From NCBI GenBank assembly GCA_947085405.1, contig CAMTWO010000013.1, positions 84,193-148,192 of the forward strand: a stretch of DNA of 64,000 nt, written 5' to 3'. The notes beneath the pieces are model-generated. The model saw nothing but the letters and a program-made list of their open reading frames with translations, searched no databases and was not told the DNA's origin. Position 1 is the stretch's first letter. The number at the start of each line of letters is the position of its first letter. Made by a program: the position numbers and the translations under genes. Origin of the DNA: an uncultured Ignavibacteriota bacterium (GTDB lineage: Bacteria > Bacteroidota > Ignavibacteria > UBA10030 > BY39). Below are positions 11,201-20,342 of this stretch, in pieces.

Positions 11201-11246
11201 CGTTCTCGAAAATCTCGCATATCCATCAATGGATACACTGATAAAA
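11201..11246. repeat. Copy 1 of a ~45-nt conserved intergenic box (GAAAATCTCGCATATCCATcAATGGATACaCTGATAAAA)
   Basis: Near-identical copy at 11527-11577, with 3 mismatches. It contains the internal palindrome ATCCAT-N-AATGGAT. Confidence 0.7.
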
Positions 11247-11526
11247 TATTTGGTTGTTCATCACAATCAACGCATCAGTATAAATACTGACGCTTGACGA
11301 ACAAAGCATCGTGAGCGAATGCTTATTTTTCAGACCGTGTCATCGGTCTTTGTTTGAAAGGACTCCGAAGGAGTCGAATGTTAATTGCTAATTGTCAATT
11401 GATTGTTAGAATTACCGTTTGGTTCGACTCAGTTTAAATGTCCAGCAACCGGGCCGGGCGTTGAGCATGTCGAAACGCCATTGCCAGCAAGTTCAGACTC
11501 AACGGTTGCTTCGGCGGGTTCACCAA

Positions 11527-11577
11527 ACGTTCGCGAAAATCTCGCATATCCATAAATGGATACGCTGATAAAAAAAG
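11527..11577. repeat. Copy 2 of the ~45-nt conserved intergenic box
   Basis: Direct repeat of 11201-11246. It is followed immediately by an AGACCGAT/ATCGGTCT hairpin. Confidence 0.7.
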
Positions 11578-11625
11578 ACCGATAAATCGGTCTATAGAAC
11601 TATAACGATAGCAAATGATTGCAAC

Positions 11626-11650
11626 ACAATAAACGACCCCGCCGGGGTCG
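11626..11650 (-). terminator. Rho-independent terminator for the minus-strand gene ending at 11683
   Basis: A perfect GC-rich palindrome (CGACCCCGCCGGGGTCG) is followed on the minus strand by TTTATTGT. Confidence 0.5.
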
Positions 11651-11682
11651 AACAGCTTCATAACCCTATTGTTGTATCAATA

Positions 11683-12153
11683 TTACTTCGCATTAAACCT
11701 ATGCATTAAAAACTCTTTTAATTCATCAAAATTACTAAAGAATTTTGTAGTGCAGCCCAAAACCCAGCCGGGAATATCTGATAATGGAAACGAGGTAACT
11801 AAATAAACAGGTTTACCAAAAAACTTAGCCATCGTTAATTCGCCCTTTGTTCCTGCCCCTTTTGCGGCTCCGTTATCCCAATAGCAGATTAAATAATCTG
11901 TATTCTTGGCAATTTCATCGCTGTCTATCTCAACTAATTTTGTAGCTATTGTTTTGTATAAGTCGATATCTTGAATTTTTAATTCCCGGAAATTTACTGA
12001 AGGATAGTGCGTATCGAAAAATATATTACTTTCGTGATTAGGATTAAAGCATTTATGCTTGAGGTTTTGTTCAATCCAGGTTTGGAGTTCCTGCCTCCAC
12101 TGAAATCCTTCGCCGTCGGCGTATTCCATACCGCCCGATAAATATACTTTCAT
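11683..12153 (-). CDS. Nucleoside 2-deoxyribosyltransferase-like protein
   Basis: 156 aa with the MKVYLSGGM N-terminus and a DNGAAKGAGTKGEL motif. This resembles the D-x-GT-x-x-E catalytic motif of the nucleoside deoxyribosyltransferase/LOG-like Rossmann superfamily. Confidence 0.45.
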   Translation of the reverse strand: MKVYLSGGMEYADGEGFQWRQELQTWIEQNLKHKCFNPNHESNIFFDTHYPSVNFRELKIQDIDLYKTIATKLVEIDSDEIAKNTDYLICYWDNGAAKGAGTKGELTMAKFFGKPVYLVTSFPLSDIPGWVLGCTTKFFSNFDELKEFLMHRFNAK

Positions 12154-12156
12154 AAG

Positions 12157-12816
12157 TTATCCAATTATATAAATGTTTAATGTTGGTAAGAAAAGTAAAT
12201 AGAGCAGCCACATTACAAAGCCAATGCTGATAGGTACTGTAAAATTATCGTCGATAACTGTGGAAGCTGCTTCAAAAAAAGCTGCAACTACTACTGCAAA
12301 TGCTGCTATTAAATATTCAGCGTAAAAATAATCGACTTTTGGTGTTAACAGGATTACAAGGAAACCGCCGCCGATAAAAGCCAGGCTTCCTTCAAGGCTT
12401 TTCTTGAAAAACTTTCGCTTCCCGAATCGCCTTCCGATTAAGGCGGCTAAAGAATCAGAAATTATTAAAACCGCGAAGGCAGTAACGGTAATAATTTTCG
12501 GGAAAATAATTACACAAATTATAGCAGAAATTAAAATATTCGAAGCACCATTAAGTCGTTTTCGTTTGTTATCTATTTCGTAATTGCGCAGGAGCCAACC
12601 GAAAAATTTATAAAATAATTTTGCGACCGGCTGATAATAATATCTCGCTAAATCGAATACCACAAACAATGCTGTAATTGGGATCAATATGCTCAGCGTT
12701 GTTATTTTATCTATAAAAAAATAAACTCCAGGGATCGAAAGAGAACAGAAATGAATACTTTTCCTTATAAATTCTATCTTATAATTCTTTTCGATATTTT
12801 GAATATTTTCGAACAT
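12157..12816 (-). CDS. CTP-dependent membrane kinase/cytidylyltransferase family protein (CdsA / dolichol-kinase-like)
   Basis: 219 aa polytopic membrane protein. Its ISDSLAALIGRRFGKRKF...SLEGS motif matches the CdsA-family signature. Confidence 0.55.
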   Translation of the reverse strand: MFENIQNIEKNYKIEFIRKSIHFCSLSIPGVYFFIDKITTLSILIPITALFVVFDLARYYYQPVAKLFYKFFGWLLRNYEIDNKRKRLNGASNILISAIICVIIFPKIITVTAFAVLIISDSLAALIGRRFGKRKFFKKSLEGSLAFIGGGFLVILLTPKVDYFYAEYLIAAFAVVVAAFFEAASTVIDDNFTVPISIGFVMWLLYLLFLPTLNIYIIG

Positions 12817-14826
12817 CTACTTTTTATCGCCGGACTCTGCATCTTGTGGCGGAGTTGCTTCCTGCGGTTTTTCCGCAGTGTGATTGTTCTCGACAGGTGG
12901 CAAAAATTCGCCACGAATCAAAATATCGATTTCATTCCCGTCTAAAATTTCGCGCTCAAGCAAAGCCGCTGCTATTACGTGTAGCTTATCAAGATTACTA
13001 TTGATAAGTTCCTCAGAACGCAACATGCAAGCATCAACAATTTTTTTAATTTCTTGATCAATTGCAACTGCTGTGGCTTCAGAATAATTTTTTGTCCTCG
13101 TTATTTCACGTCCGAGGAATATTTCTTCTTCCTTCTGTCCATAATTGAGCGGTCCTAAATCTTCGCTCATACCCCATTCGCAAACCATTTTTCGACTCAT
13201 AGAGGTCGCTCGTTCGATATCATTGCCAGCTCCAGTAGTAAGTTTATTAAATACAATTTTTTCGGCTGCTCGACCACCGAGTGCATAAGTAATCATAGCC
13301 ATCAAATAATCTTTGGAGTATGTATGTTTTTCATCTATTGGAAGATATGTAGTTAAACCTAAAGCTCTTCCACGCGGAATTATTGTTACTTTATGCACAG
13401 GGTCGGCTTCGGGAATCATCTTTGCAACTAACACATGTCCTGACTCGTGGTAAGCAGTTATTTTTTTCTCGGTATCGCTGATTATCATGCTTTTACGTTC
13501 GGTTCCCATCATCACTTTATCTTTTGCTTCTTCGAAGTGACGCATAGTAACAGATTGTGAATTTTGCCGGGCAGCTAATAATGCAGCTTCATTAACAAGA
13601 TTTGCTAACTCTGCCCCTGCAAGTCCGGGTGTTCCTTTCGCCAGCACATCGAGGTGAACATCTTCGGCTAAGGGAATTTTTCGTGTATGGACTTTTAAAA
13701 TTCCTTCGCGTCCCTTCACGTCAGGTCGATCGACAACAACTAATCGATCGAATCGTCCGGGTCGCATCAAAGCGGGATCAAGGACATCGGGTCTATTAGT
13801 AGCAGCTATAATAATAACACCGCTGTTTTGCTCGAAGCCGTCCATCTCGACGAGCAGAGCATTCAATGTTTGTTCGCGTTCGTCGTGTCCTCCACCTAAA
13901 CCGGCTCCGCGATGACGACCGACCGCATCAATTTCATCAATAAATATTATGCAAGGTGCGCTTTTTTTGCCCGTTTCAAACAAGTCGCGCACTCGGCTTG
14001 CACCTACACCTACGAACATTTCCACGAAATCGGCGCCTGAAATAGTAAAGAACGGAACACCAGCTTCGCCGGCAACTGCGCGTGCTAATAATGTTTTACC
14101 AGTACCGGGAGGTCCAAGCAGTAAAACACCCCGCGGAATTTTTCCACCTAACTTTTGAAACTTAGAAGGTTCTTTCAAAAATTCTATTACTTCCTGAAGT
14201 TCAACTTTAGCTTCGTCAGCACCGGCTACATCTTGAAATGTGAAGCGTTGCTGTTCGCTCGTCAGCATCTTAGCTTTACTCTTACCGAACGAAAAAATGC
14301 CTTTCGTTCCTCCTCCTCCTCCTTGCATTCGCCTCATAAAAAATAACCAAACACCCAATATCAAAATCCAAGGAAGTATGGTTATTAGAGCATTCGTCCA
14401 TGTACTATCGTCCCGCTCTATTTTATATGCGATACCGGCAGCATTCAAAGAATCGATTGTTTCTTTTTCAAGATAAGGAAGATTTGTCCAGAAATTTAGT
14501 ACCAACGAATGTTTACCATCTGCGAGTTTTAGAGATCTTTCTCTTTTAAGGACTCCATGTAACGTATAATGGTTGTAATCCGATCTATTGATAGATACTT
14601 CTTTAATTTCCTTTTGTCTTAAAAGTTCTAAATAATCGGGATAAGCGAGTTCGAATTCTTTGGTCCCTGTAGTTTTGGCAATAGCCATGATGAAGAAGAT
14701 AGTTACGAGTATCCCTAACCAAGTTAAAAACACGCGACCTAATTTGTCCCAATTGAAATCATCCCCACCTTTAGGATTTTTACCGGGTTTTAATTTATTT
14801 TGTTTTTTTGGATTTTTGTATTCCAT
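12817..14826 (-). CDS. ftsH: ATP-dependent zinc metalloprotease FtsH
   Basis: 669 aa with an AAA+ Walker A ([18 protein letters not shown]), the second region of homology, and the HESGH zinc motif. It lies in the conserved tilS-hpt-ftsH order. Confidence 0.95.
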   Translation of the reverse strand: MEYKNPKKQNKLKPGKNPKGGDDFNWDKLGRVFLTWLGILVTIFFIMAIAKTTGTKEFELAYPDYLELLRQKEIKEVSINRSDYNHYTLHGVLKRERSLKLADGKHSLVLNFWTNLPYLEKETIDSLNAAGIAYKIERDDSTWTNALITILPWILILGVWLFFMRRMQGGGGGTKGIFSFGKSKAKMLTSEQQRFTFQDVAGADEAKVELQEVIEFLKEPSKFQKLGGKIPRGVLLLGPPGTGKTLLARAVAGEAGVPFFTISGADFVEMFVGVGASRVRDLFETGKKSAPCIIFIDEIDAVGRHRGAGLGGGHDEREQTLNALLVEMDGFEQNSGVIIIAATNRPDVLDPALMRPGRFDRLVVVDRPDVKGREGILKVHTRKIPLAEDVHLDVLAKGTPGLAGAELANLVNEAALLAARQNSQSVTMRHFEEAKDKVMMGTERKSMIISDTEKKITAYHESGHVLVAKMIPEADPVHKVTIIPRGRALGLTTYLPIDEKHTYSKDYLMAMITYALGGRAAEKIVFNKLTTGAGNDIERATSMSRKMVCEWGMSEDLGPLNYGQKEEEIFLGREITRTKNYSEATAVAIDQEIKKIVDACMLRSEELINSNLDKLHVIAAALLEREILDGNEIDILIRGEFLPPVENNHTAEKPQEATPPQDAESGDKK

Positions 14827-14827
14827 A

Positions 14828-15376
14828 TTATTTATTTTCTGCTAATTTATAAATTGCTCGTAAATGTCTGATCCGTTGTGCATAATCGAGTCCATAACCG
14901 ACTACGAAGTAGGAAGGAATTTTAAAACCTACATAATCGATTGAAAAATTTATTCTTGCGACATCCTTTTTTAGCAACAGCGTTACGACTTTCAGAGTCT
15001 TCGGATTTTGTTTATGAATTAAATTTTTAATAAAGTCGATAGACAAACCGGAATCTACAATATCCTCAACGATTATGATATCTCTGCCTTCAATCTGACA
15101 GTTCAATTCCTTTAGCATTTTTATATTCCCTGAACTTATCTTGGCATCACCGTAGCTGGATAGTTTCAGAAAATCGACTTCACAATCAATGCTAAGTTGG
15201 CGGACCAAGTCGGAGAAGAAGATAAATGACCCATTTAAAACGCCTATAAAAATTGGAATGCTGCCTTTATAATCTTTACTTATTTTCTTTGCGAGCTGCG
15301 ATATTCTTTTCTTCAGTCTTGCTTCTGAAATAAACAACTTAAACCGGTCGTTGTTGATTATAAACTCTTTTTTCAT
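14828..15376 (-). CDS. hpt: Hypoxanthine phosphoribosyltransferase
   Basis: 182 aa with a PRPP-binding motif ([13 protein letters not shown]). Confidence 0.9.
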   Translation of the reverse strand: MKKEFIINNDRFKLFISEARLKKRISQLAKKISKDYKGSIPIFIGVLNGSFIFFSDLVRQLSIDCEVDFLKLSSYGDAKISSGNIKMLKELNCQIEGRDIIIVEDIVDSGLSIDFIKNLIHKQNPKTLKVVTLLLKKDVARINFSIDYVGFKIPSYFVVGYGLDYAQRIRHLRAIYKLAENK

Positions 15377-16845
15377 GTTGGATTATTTTTAATATTGAAA
15401 GTAAGTTTTAGTATTCTCTTCGATGAATTTGTTATTTTAAATCTGTCATCTAATCTCAAACCACATACCCAAATAATATCGCCATTAGATTCGAGAATTG
15501 GAATCGAATTCTTTTTAAATATCGGAATTTTTTCGTCGATAAAAAAATCGCTTATTTTTTTCTTTCCTTTCATCCCGAAAGGGAGGAACCAGTCGCCTTC
15601 ACGCCAGTTCCTTAAAATTAATTTATCGGAAAGTAAATCGGCATCAATAAATTCGATGGCAGGATTTTTATCGAATTTTGCTTTATCAACAAACTCCGAT
15701 GAAAAGTAATACTTATCTAAATCGTAGCTGTTGTTTATCTGAATTTCATATCTGAACGGTTTAGGTTGTCTTATATGTTTGAAGACGCCTCTGTTTCTAT
15801 CCTTGTAGAAAACAATATCCGATTTTATTGAACAAGCAGTTCCGGTTTCCGATTTTGTTGTTTTATGTATCGCACGAACTGTAGTAAAACTTATTTCAGC
15901 TTGAATAAAATCTTTTGCAATCTTATTTAAGAAATGTTCTTGTAAAAATGCGGGTTTGCTGTGGAGTTTATCCAAATCAATTACGATTTCTTCATCTTCT
16001 AACTTCTGAATAATTATCTCAGGGAGTTGGCGGCGCACTTCTTCAGCTAAAAATTCTTCAAGCTCTGAAAATAGAATTCCCGTCCTGCCTAAAGTAGCTG
16101 AAATGTTCGGATTAATATTTTCGCGTATCGTTGGTAGCAGCTTGAGCCGGATATAATTTCTTAAATAATCGGTTTTTAAATTTGAAGAATCGACGCGGTA
16201 AGGAATTCGATTTTCTAAAGCGTAAGTTTCGATATCCAACCGTGATGCGAACAGGAGTGGACGTATTACACCGTTATCTGCACGTGAAACCGGAATACCG
16301 GTTAATCCATGAACACCGGCGCCTCTGAAAATATTAATCAACATTGTTTCTGCATTGTCGTCGGCGTTATGCCCAATAGCGATTTTTGAAAAACCGCTCG
16401 ATGCGCGAACCTTAGAAAAAAAATTATATCGTAAATTGCGGGCAGCCTCTTGAAGCGAAAGCTTCTTACTTTCAGCAACCAATGTAGTGTTTACCCTTTC
16501 GATGTAACAGTCGATTCCATAATTCTTGCCTATCTGGCGAATAAAATCTTCATCCTCATCCGATTCTCTCCCTCGCAGTTGATGGTTGAGGTGGATAAGA
16601 GCTAATGATAATTTCCACCTGTCTTTAAGTTTGTAGAGAGTATCTAAAAGAACTGTTGAATCGATACCACCGCTTACAGCCACGATAATCTTTTCTCCCT
16701 GCCGTATTAATTGATTTGCGAGGATGAATTGGTTCATCGATTCTATGAATTGACTATTTGATTGCATTATTTTAAAAGATTCAATATTATAGTTAAAAAA
16801 AACCCTCTCAGCCTCCTTCTGAAATTCAAAGCGACTGAAAGGCAA
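15373..16845 (-). CDS. tilS: tRNA(Ile)-lysidine synthetase
   Basis: 490 aa with an N-type ATP pyrophosphatase PP-loop (SGGIDSTVLL). The TilS C-terminal domain is present. Confidence 0.9.
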   Translation of the reverse strand: MPFSRFEFQKEAERVFFNYNIESFKIMQSNSQFIESMNQFILANQLIRQGEKIIVAVSGGIDSTVLLDTLYKLKDRWKLSLALIHLNHQLRGRESDEDEDFIRQIGKNYGIDCYIERVNTTLVAESKKLSLQEAARNLRYNFFSKVRASSGFSKIAIGHNADDNAETMLINIFRGAGVHGLTGIPVSRADNGVIRPLLFASRLDIETYALENRIPYRVDSSNLKTDYLRNYIRLKLLPTIRENINPNISATLGRTGILFSELEEFLAEEVRRQLPEIIIQKLEDEEIVIDLDKLHSKPAFLQEHFLNKIAKDFIQAEISFTTVRAIHKTTKSETGTACSIKSDIVFYKDRNRGVFKHIRQPKPFRYEIQINNSYDLDKYYFSSEFVDKAKFDKNPAIEFIDADLLSDKLILRNWREGDWFLPFGMKGKKKISDFFIDEKIPIFKKNSIPILESNGDIIWVCGLRLDDRFKITNSSKRILKLTFNIKNNPT

Positions 16846-16857
16846 TTTATGAATCAG

Positions 16858-16931
16858 TAGCGGGAGAGGGATTCGAACCCACGACCTACGGATTATGATT
16901 CCGACGCTCTAACCAGCTGAGCTATCCCGCC
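16858..16931 (-). tRNA. tRNA with a CAU anticodon: elongator Met or the lysidine-modified Ile2 (TilS substrate)
   Basis: The reverse complement gives GGCGGGATAGCTCAGCTGGTTAGAGCGTCGGAATCATAATCCGTAGGTCGTGGGTTCGAATCCCTCTCCCGCT+A. It has a 7-bp acceptor stem, D and T arms with a TTCGAAT loop, an anticodon loop A-T-CAT-AA, and a 74 nt length with no encoded CCA. G1-U72 is paired, so it is not initiator-like. Confidence 0.8.
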
Positions 16932-17012
16932 ATTTTTACGCTCAAAATATAGAAATATTCCGTTAAAAATGCAAGGATTTGGAATTGCCTTTCTTCTGTA
17001 AGTTTCTTATGT

Positions 17013-17939
17013 TTGGCATACATTATGACAGAAAATATAATCAAAACCCGATATTCAGCCGACGAGGCTTTCGCTTATGTCGCTGACGTTACACTAAAGC
17101 ATTACGAGAACTTTCCTGTTGCTTCGCTTTTTCTTCCAGCCGAAAAAAGACCATACATACAAAGTATCTATGCTTTTGCTCGCACTGCCGACGATTTCGC
17201 CGATGAAGATTCACTAGATCCGGAAACACGATTGCAAAAATTAGATGAGTGGGAATTTCAATTAAAAGAATGCTTTCAAGGCAGAGCAGAACATCCGATT
17301 TTTATTGCACTGCACGAAACTGTTTCTAAATTATCAATTCCAATTCAACCGTTATCCGATTTGTTGAAAGCTTTCAAGCAGGACGTTCAAAAAAATAGTT
17401 ATAAGAATTTTAATGAACTGTTGGATTATTGCAAATATTCCGCTAATCCGGTGGGGAGGTTAGTATTGATGATTTTTGGTTATAAAGATGAAGATTATTT
17501 TGAGCTGTCGGATAAAATTTGCACCGCACTGCAGCTAACAAATTTTTATCAGGATGTAAAGGTTGATTTACAAAAAAATAGGATTTATATTCCAGAAGAC
17601 GAGATTCATAGTTTCGGATATAGTGTAAACGAACTGACGAAACACATTTATAACGATGCGTATAAAAAATTAATGAAACACCAAATCGAAAGGACACGAT
17701 CACTCTATTACGAAGGGGCACAACTCCCCCTTTTAGTTGATAAAGATTTACAATTAGAATTGAAATTAGTTTGGTTTGGTGGAATATCGATGCTCAATAA
17801 AATAGAAAAAAGAAAATATAACGTGTTTTCAAAGCATGTTAAATTAAGTTCATTGAATAAAGTGGTGATATTTTTACGCGGCTTGTTTTACAACGATATA
17901 TCAAAATACAGAAAGAGGAGTTTATGGGATCTGACTTAA
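17013..17939 (+). CDS. hpnC: Squalene/phytoene synthase family enzyme, HpnC-like (hydroxysqualene synthase candidate)
   Basis: 308 aa of the trans-isoprenyl diphosphate synthase head-to-head family (YCKYSANPVGRLVL, LQLTNFYQDVKVDL..RIYIPEDE). It is the first of an HpnC/HpnD/HpnE-type triad. Confidence 0.7.
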   Translation: MAYIMTENIIKTRYSADEAFAYVADVTLKHYENFPVASLFLPAEKRPYIQSIYAFARTADDFADEDSLDPETRLQKLDEWEFQLKECFQGRAEHPIFIALHETVSKLSIPIQPLSDLLKAFKQDVQKNSYKNFNELLDYCKYSANPVGRLVLMIFGYKDEDYFELSDKICTALQLTNFYQDVKVDLQKNRIYIPEDEIHSFGYSVNELTKHIYNDAYKKLMKHQIERTRSLYYEGAQLPLLVDKDLQLELKLVWFGGISMLNKIEKRKYNVFSKHVKLSSLNKVVIFLRGLFYNDISKYRKRSLWDLT

Positions 17940-18772
17940 CGGCGATAATTACACGAGGCAGTCAATCGAGTTTCTTATATTCTTTCTCGTTTCTTCCTAA
18001 AGACCAGCGTAACGCACTCAATACTGTTTATGCTTTTTGCCGCACTACCGATGATATAGTTGATAGCGAAGCGGATAAAGATAAAAAAACAATATTTTTA
18101 CGCAAGTGGCGAATCGAACTCGGTAAAGCTTTAAGAGGCGAATCCCGGTTCGCTATCCTTAATCAACTCGCTGAAGTTACAAAAAAATTTAATATACCTA
18201 CTCAACATTTTTATGAACTTATTCAAGGTGTTGAGATGGATTTAACCCAAACACGTATTGAGAATTTCGGGCAATTAAAAAAATACTGCTATTTAGTCGC
18301 CTCGACTGTTGGATTGATGAGTATAAAAATATTTGGACCTACTAACGAGCGGGTTGAAAAGTATGCTGAAAATTTAGGAATAGCTTTACAACTTACAAAC
18401 ATTCTTCGCGATATTAAAGCCGATGCGAAGATAAACCGGATTTATATTCCACAAGAGGACTTAAAACGTTTCGGATACACGGAAGAAAATATCTTAAACA
18501 ACGAATACAACTCGAACTTTATCAATCTGATGGAGTTTGAAACAAAACGTGCTGAAGAGTATTATCGAACTGCACAAAACTCGCTGCAACCCGAAGACAA
18601 ACGATTTTTATTCGCACCCAAAATTATGGAGCGGATTTATTATCATACTCTTCTTCGAATCAAAGCAAATCGTTATAATGTTTACAAAAAGAGTTTAAAG
18701 TTACCCCGGTATTTACAATTTATGATAGCAATCAAATATTGGGTTAAACTTCGCCTGCTGAAAATTGTATGA
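17924..18772 (+). CDS. hpnD: Squalene/phytoene synthase family enzyme, HpnD-like (presqualene diphosphate synthase candidate)
   Basis: 282 aa paralog of the preceding gene (YAFCRTTDDIVD, LQLTNILRDIKADAKINRIYIPQED). Its start overlaps the upstream stop. Confidence 0.7.
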   Translation: MGSDLTAIITRGSQSSFLYSFSFLPKDQRNALNTVYAFCRTTDDIVDSEADKDKKTIFLRKWRIELGKALRGESRFAILNQLAEVTKKFNIPTQHFYELIQGVEMDLTQTRIENFGQLKKYCYLVASTVGLMSIKIFGPTNERVEKYAENLGIALQLTNILRDIKADAKINRIYIPQEDLKRFGYTEENILNNEYNSNFINLMEFETKRAEEYYRTAQNSLQPEDKRFLFAPKIMERIYYHTLLRIKANRYNVYKKSLKLPRYLQFMIAIKYWVKLRLLKIV

Positions 18773-20103
18773 CAGCCGATGTAATTGTAATTGGAGGGGG
18801 ATTAAGCGGTTTGGCTGCTGCAATAAAACTATCGCTATCCGGCGCTAAAGTCGTTTTACTCGAACAAAAATCCATATTAGGCGGGCGGACTTACTCGTTT
18901 ACTGACCCCAAAACAGGTGATGAAGTCGATAACGGGCAACATATACTTGTGGGAGCTTATCACAACACGTTAAAATATTTGGACTTAATCGGGACGAAGC
19001 ATTTCCTGAAGCGACAAAATAAACCCCGTTTATATTTTCACCATCCGCAAAAAGGTTTGCATACTTTTGAGATATCAAATCTCCCCAAGCCGTTCGATAT
19101 TACTGCCGCGATGTTGAATTACAAAATACTCTCTTTTCGCGAAAGGAATAAATTATTAAGAGTTGGGTTAGAATTAAAACGATGGAACGAAAAGCTTGAG
19201 AGAAAACTTTCTCTGTTATCTGTCGAATCGTGGCTTGATAGTTTGAACCAAAGCGAGGAAGCTAAACAATGTTTTTGGTATCCGATTGTAATTTCAGTGA
19301 TGAACGAGATACCGGGCCGGGCTTCGGCTTTATTATTTGCCCGTTCGTTGAAGAATACTTTTTTAGCTAAAAAGAGTGATGCTGATGTTTTAATTCCATC
19401 TGTCGGGCAGACAAAACTATATGTTGAAGAAGCTGTTGACTTGCTGAAGAAAAATAAAGCGGAAGTGATTACGAATGCAAAAGTAAAATCATTCATCGTT
19501 TCAGATGGGACAGCAGTTGGGGTAGATGCAGGAAAAAAGATAAAGTCGAAGTATGTTATCAGTTCGGTGCCGTATTACAATGTAGCTCAACTGATACCGA
19601 AAAGTTATCTGAATCATATTATGTTCAATGAGCTAAATTTATTTGAATCGTCGCCGATAGTTTCCATAAATTTGTGGTTCGATAGAAAAGTGATGGATAT
19701 CGAATTTGTTGGATTTATTAATCAAAAACTGCAATGGGTTTTTAACAGACGCAGAATAATGGGGGATATAACACAGCCGGAAAACTATATCTCGGCTGTT
19801 ATCAGCGGCGCACGAGACGAAGTTAAATTGACAAAAGATGAGTTAGTGAAAATGGCTGTCGCGGAGTTAAGGGAAGTATTTCCCGAATGCCGAAACGCAC
19901 AGCTCACAAATGCGATAGTTATAAAAGAAAAACGAGCTACATATTCAGCTACAAACGAAGTTGAAAGCATACGCCCTAATCCCGAAACGCCAATAAAGAA
20001 TTTTTATTTAGCCGGCGATTGGACGAACACCGGCTTACCCGCAACAATCGAGGGAGCAATTCAAAGTGGGTTTAAGTGTGCTGAGTTAATAGCCATTAAT
20101 TGA
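18769..20103 (+). CDS. hpnE: FAD-dependent amine-oxidase-family desaturase/reductase, HpnE-like (hydroxysqualene dehydroxylase candidate)
   Basis: 444 aa with an N-terminal dinucleotide-binding motif (VIVIGGGLSGLAAAIKL). It is translationally coupled to the two SQS/PSY genes. Confidence 0.7.
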   Translation: MTADVIVIGGGLSGLAAAIKLSLSGAKVVLLEQKSILGGRTYSFTDPKTGDEVDNGQHILVGAYHNTLKYLDLIGTKHFLKRQNKPRLYFHHPQKGLHTFEISNLPKPFDITAAMLNYKILSFRERNKLLRVGLELKRWNEKLERKLSLLSVESWLDSLNQSEEAKQCFWYPIVISVMNEIPGRASALLFARSLKNTFLAKKSDADVLIPSVGQTKLYVEEAVDLLKKNKAEVITNAKVKSFIVSDGTAVGVDAGKKIKSKYVISSVPYYNVAQLIPKSYLNHIMFNELNLFESSPIVSINLWFDRKVMDIEFVGFINQKLQWVFNRRRIMGDITQPENYISAVISGARDEVKLTKDELVKMAVAELREVFPECRNAQLTNAIVIKEKRATYSATNEVESIRPNPETPIKNFYLAGDWTNTGLPATIEGAIQSGFKCAELIAIN

Positions 20104-20313
20104 TTCTCCGCCGGAGGCGGATGTGCCTATGGCACAATCAGTTCATTGGTTTATTGAATTAATGAATCAATGGGGAAATGGTAAAATTGAGCCAATTTTT
20201 CAGATTGGGAAATGGGCTTTATTCTTTAAAAATATAGAATAAATGGTGTTTTACGGCAATTTACAACAATTTAAAAACTACGAACATATTTTTATGGAAA
20301 TTTAACAAAATAC

Positions 20314-20342
20314 TTGACATTCAATACGAGGAATTATATATT
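20314..20342 (+). promoter_or_regulatory. Sigma70-type promoter candidate (TTGACA-N17-TATATT)
   Basis: A perfect -35 hexamer with 17 bp spacing to a near-consensus -10. It is preceded by AAATAC, identical to the promoter candidate at 28624. Confidence 0.4.

Noticed and set aside
11434-11661. A 75-aa minus-strand ORF in the hairpin-rich intergenic region.
   Set aside because: It spans several perfect palindromes and the terminator hairpin, has no RBS and has no sequence similarity that I recognise. The region is better explained as structured non-coding DNA or RNA.
20125-20160. TGGCAC motif (GTGCCTATGGCAC) downstream of hpnE, checked as a possible sigma54 -24 element.
   Set aside because: The spacing and sequence at the expected -12 position (TTCA instead of TTGC) do not fit the -24/-12 consensus. 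A simple palindrome is more likely.
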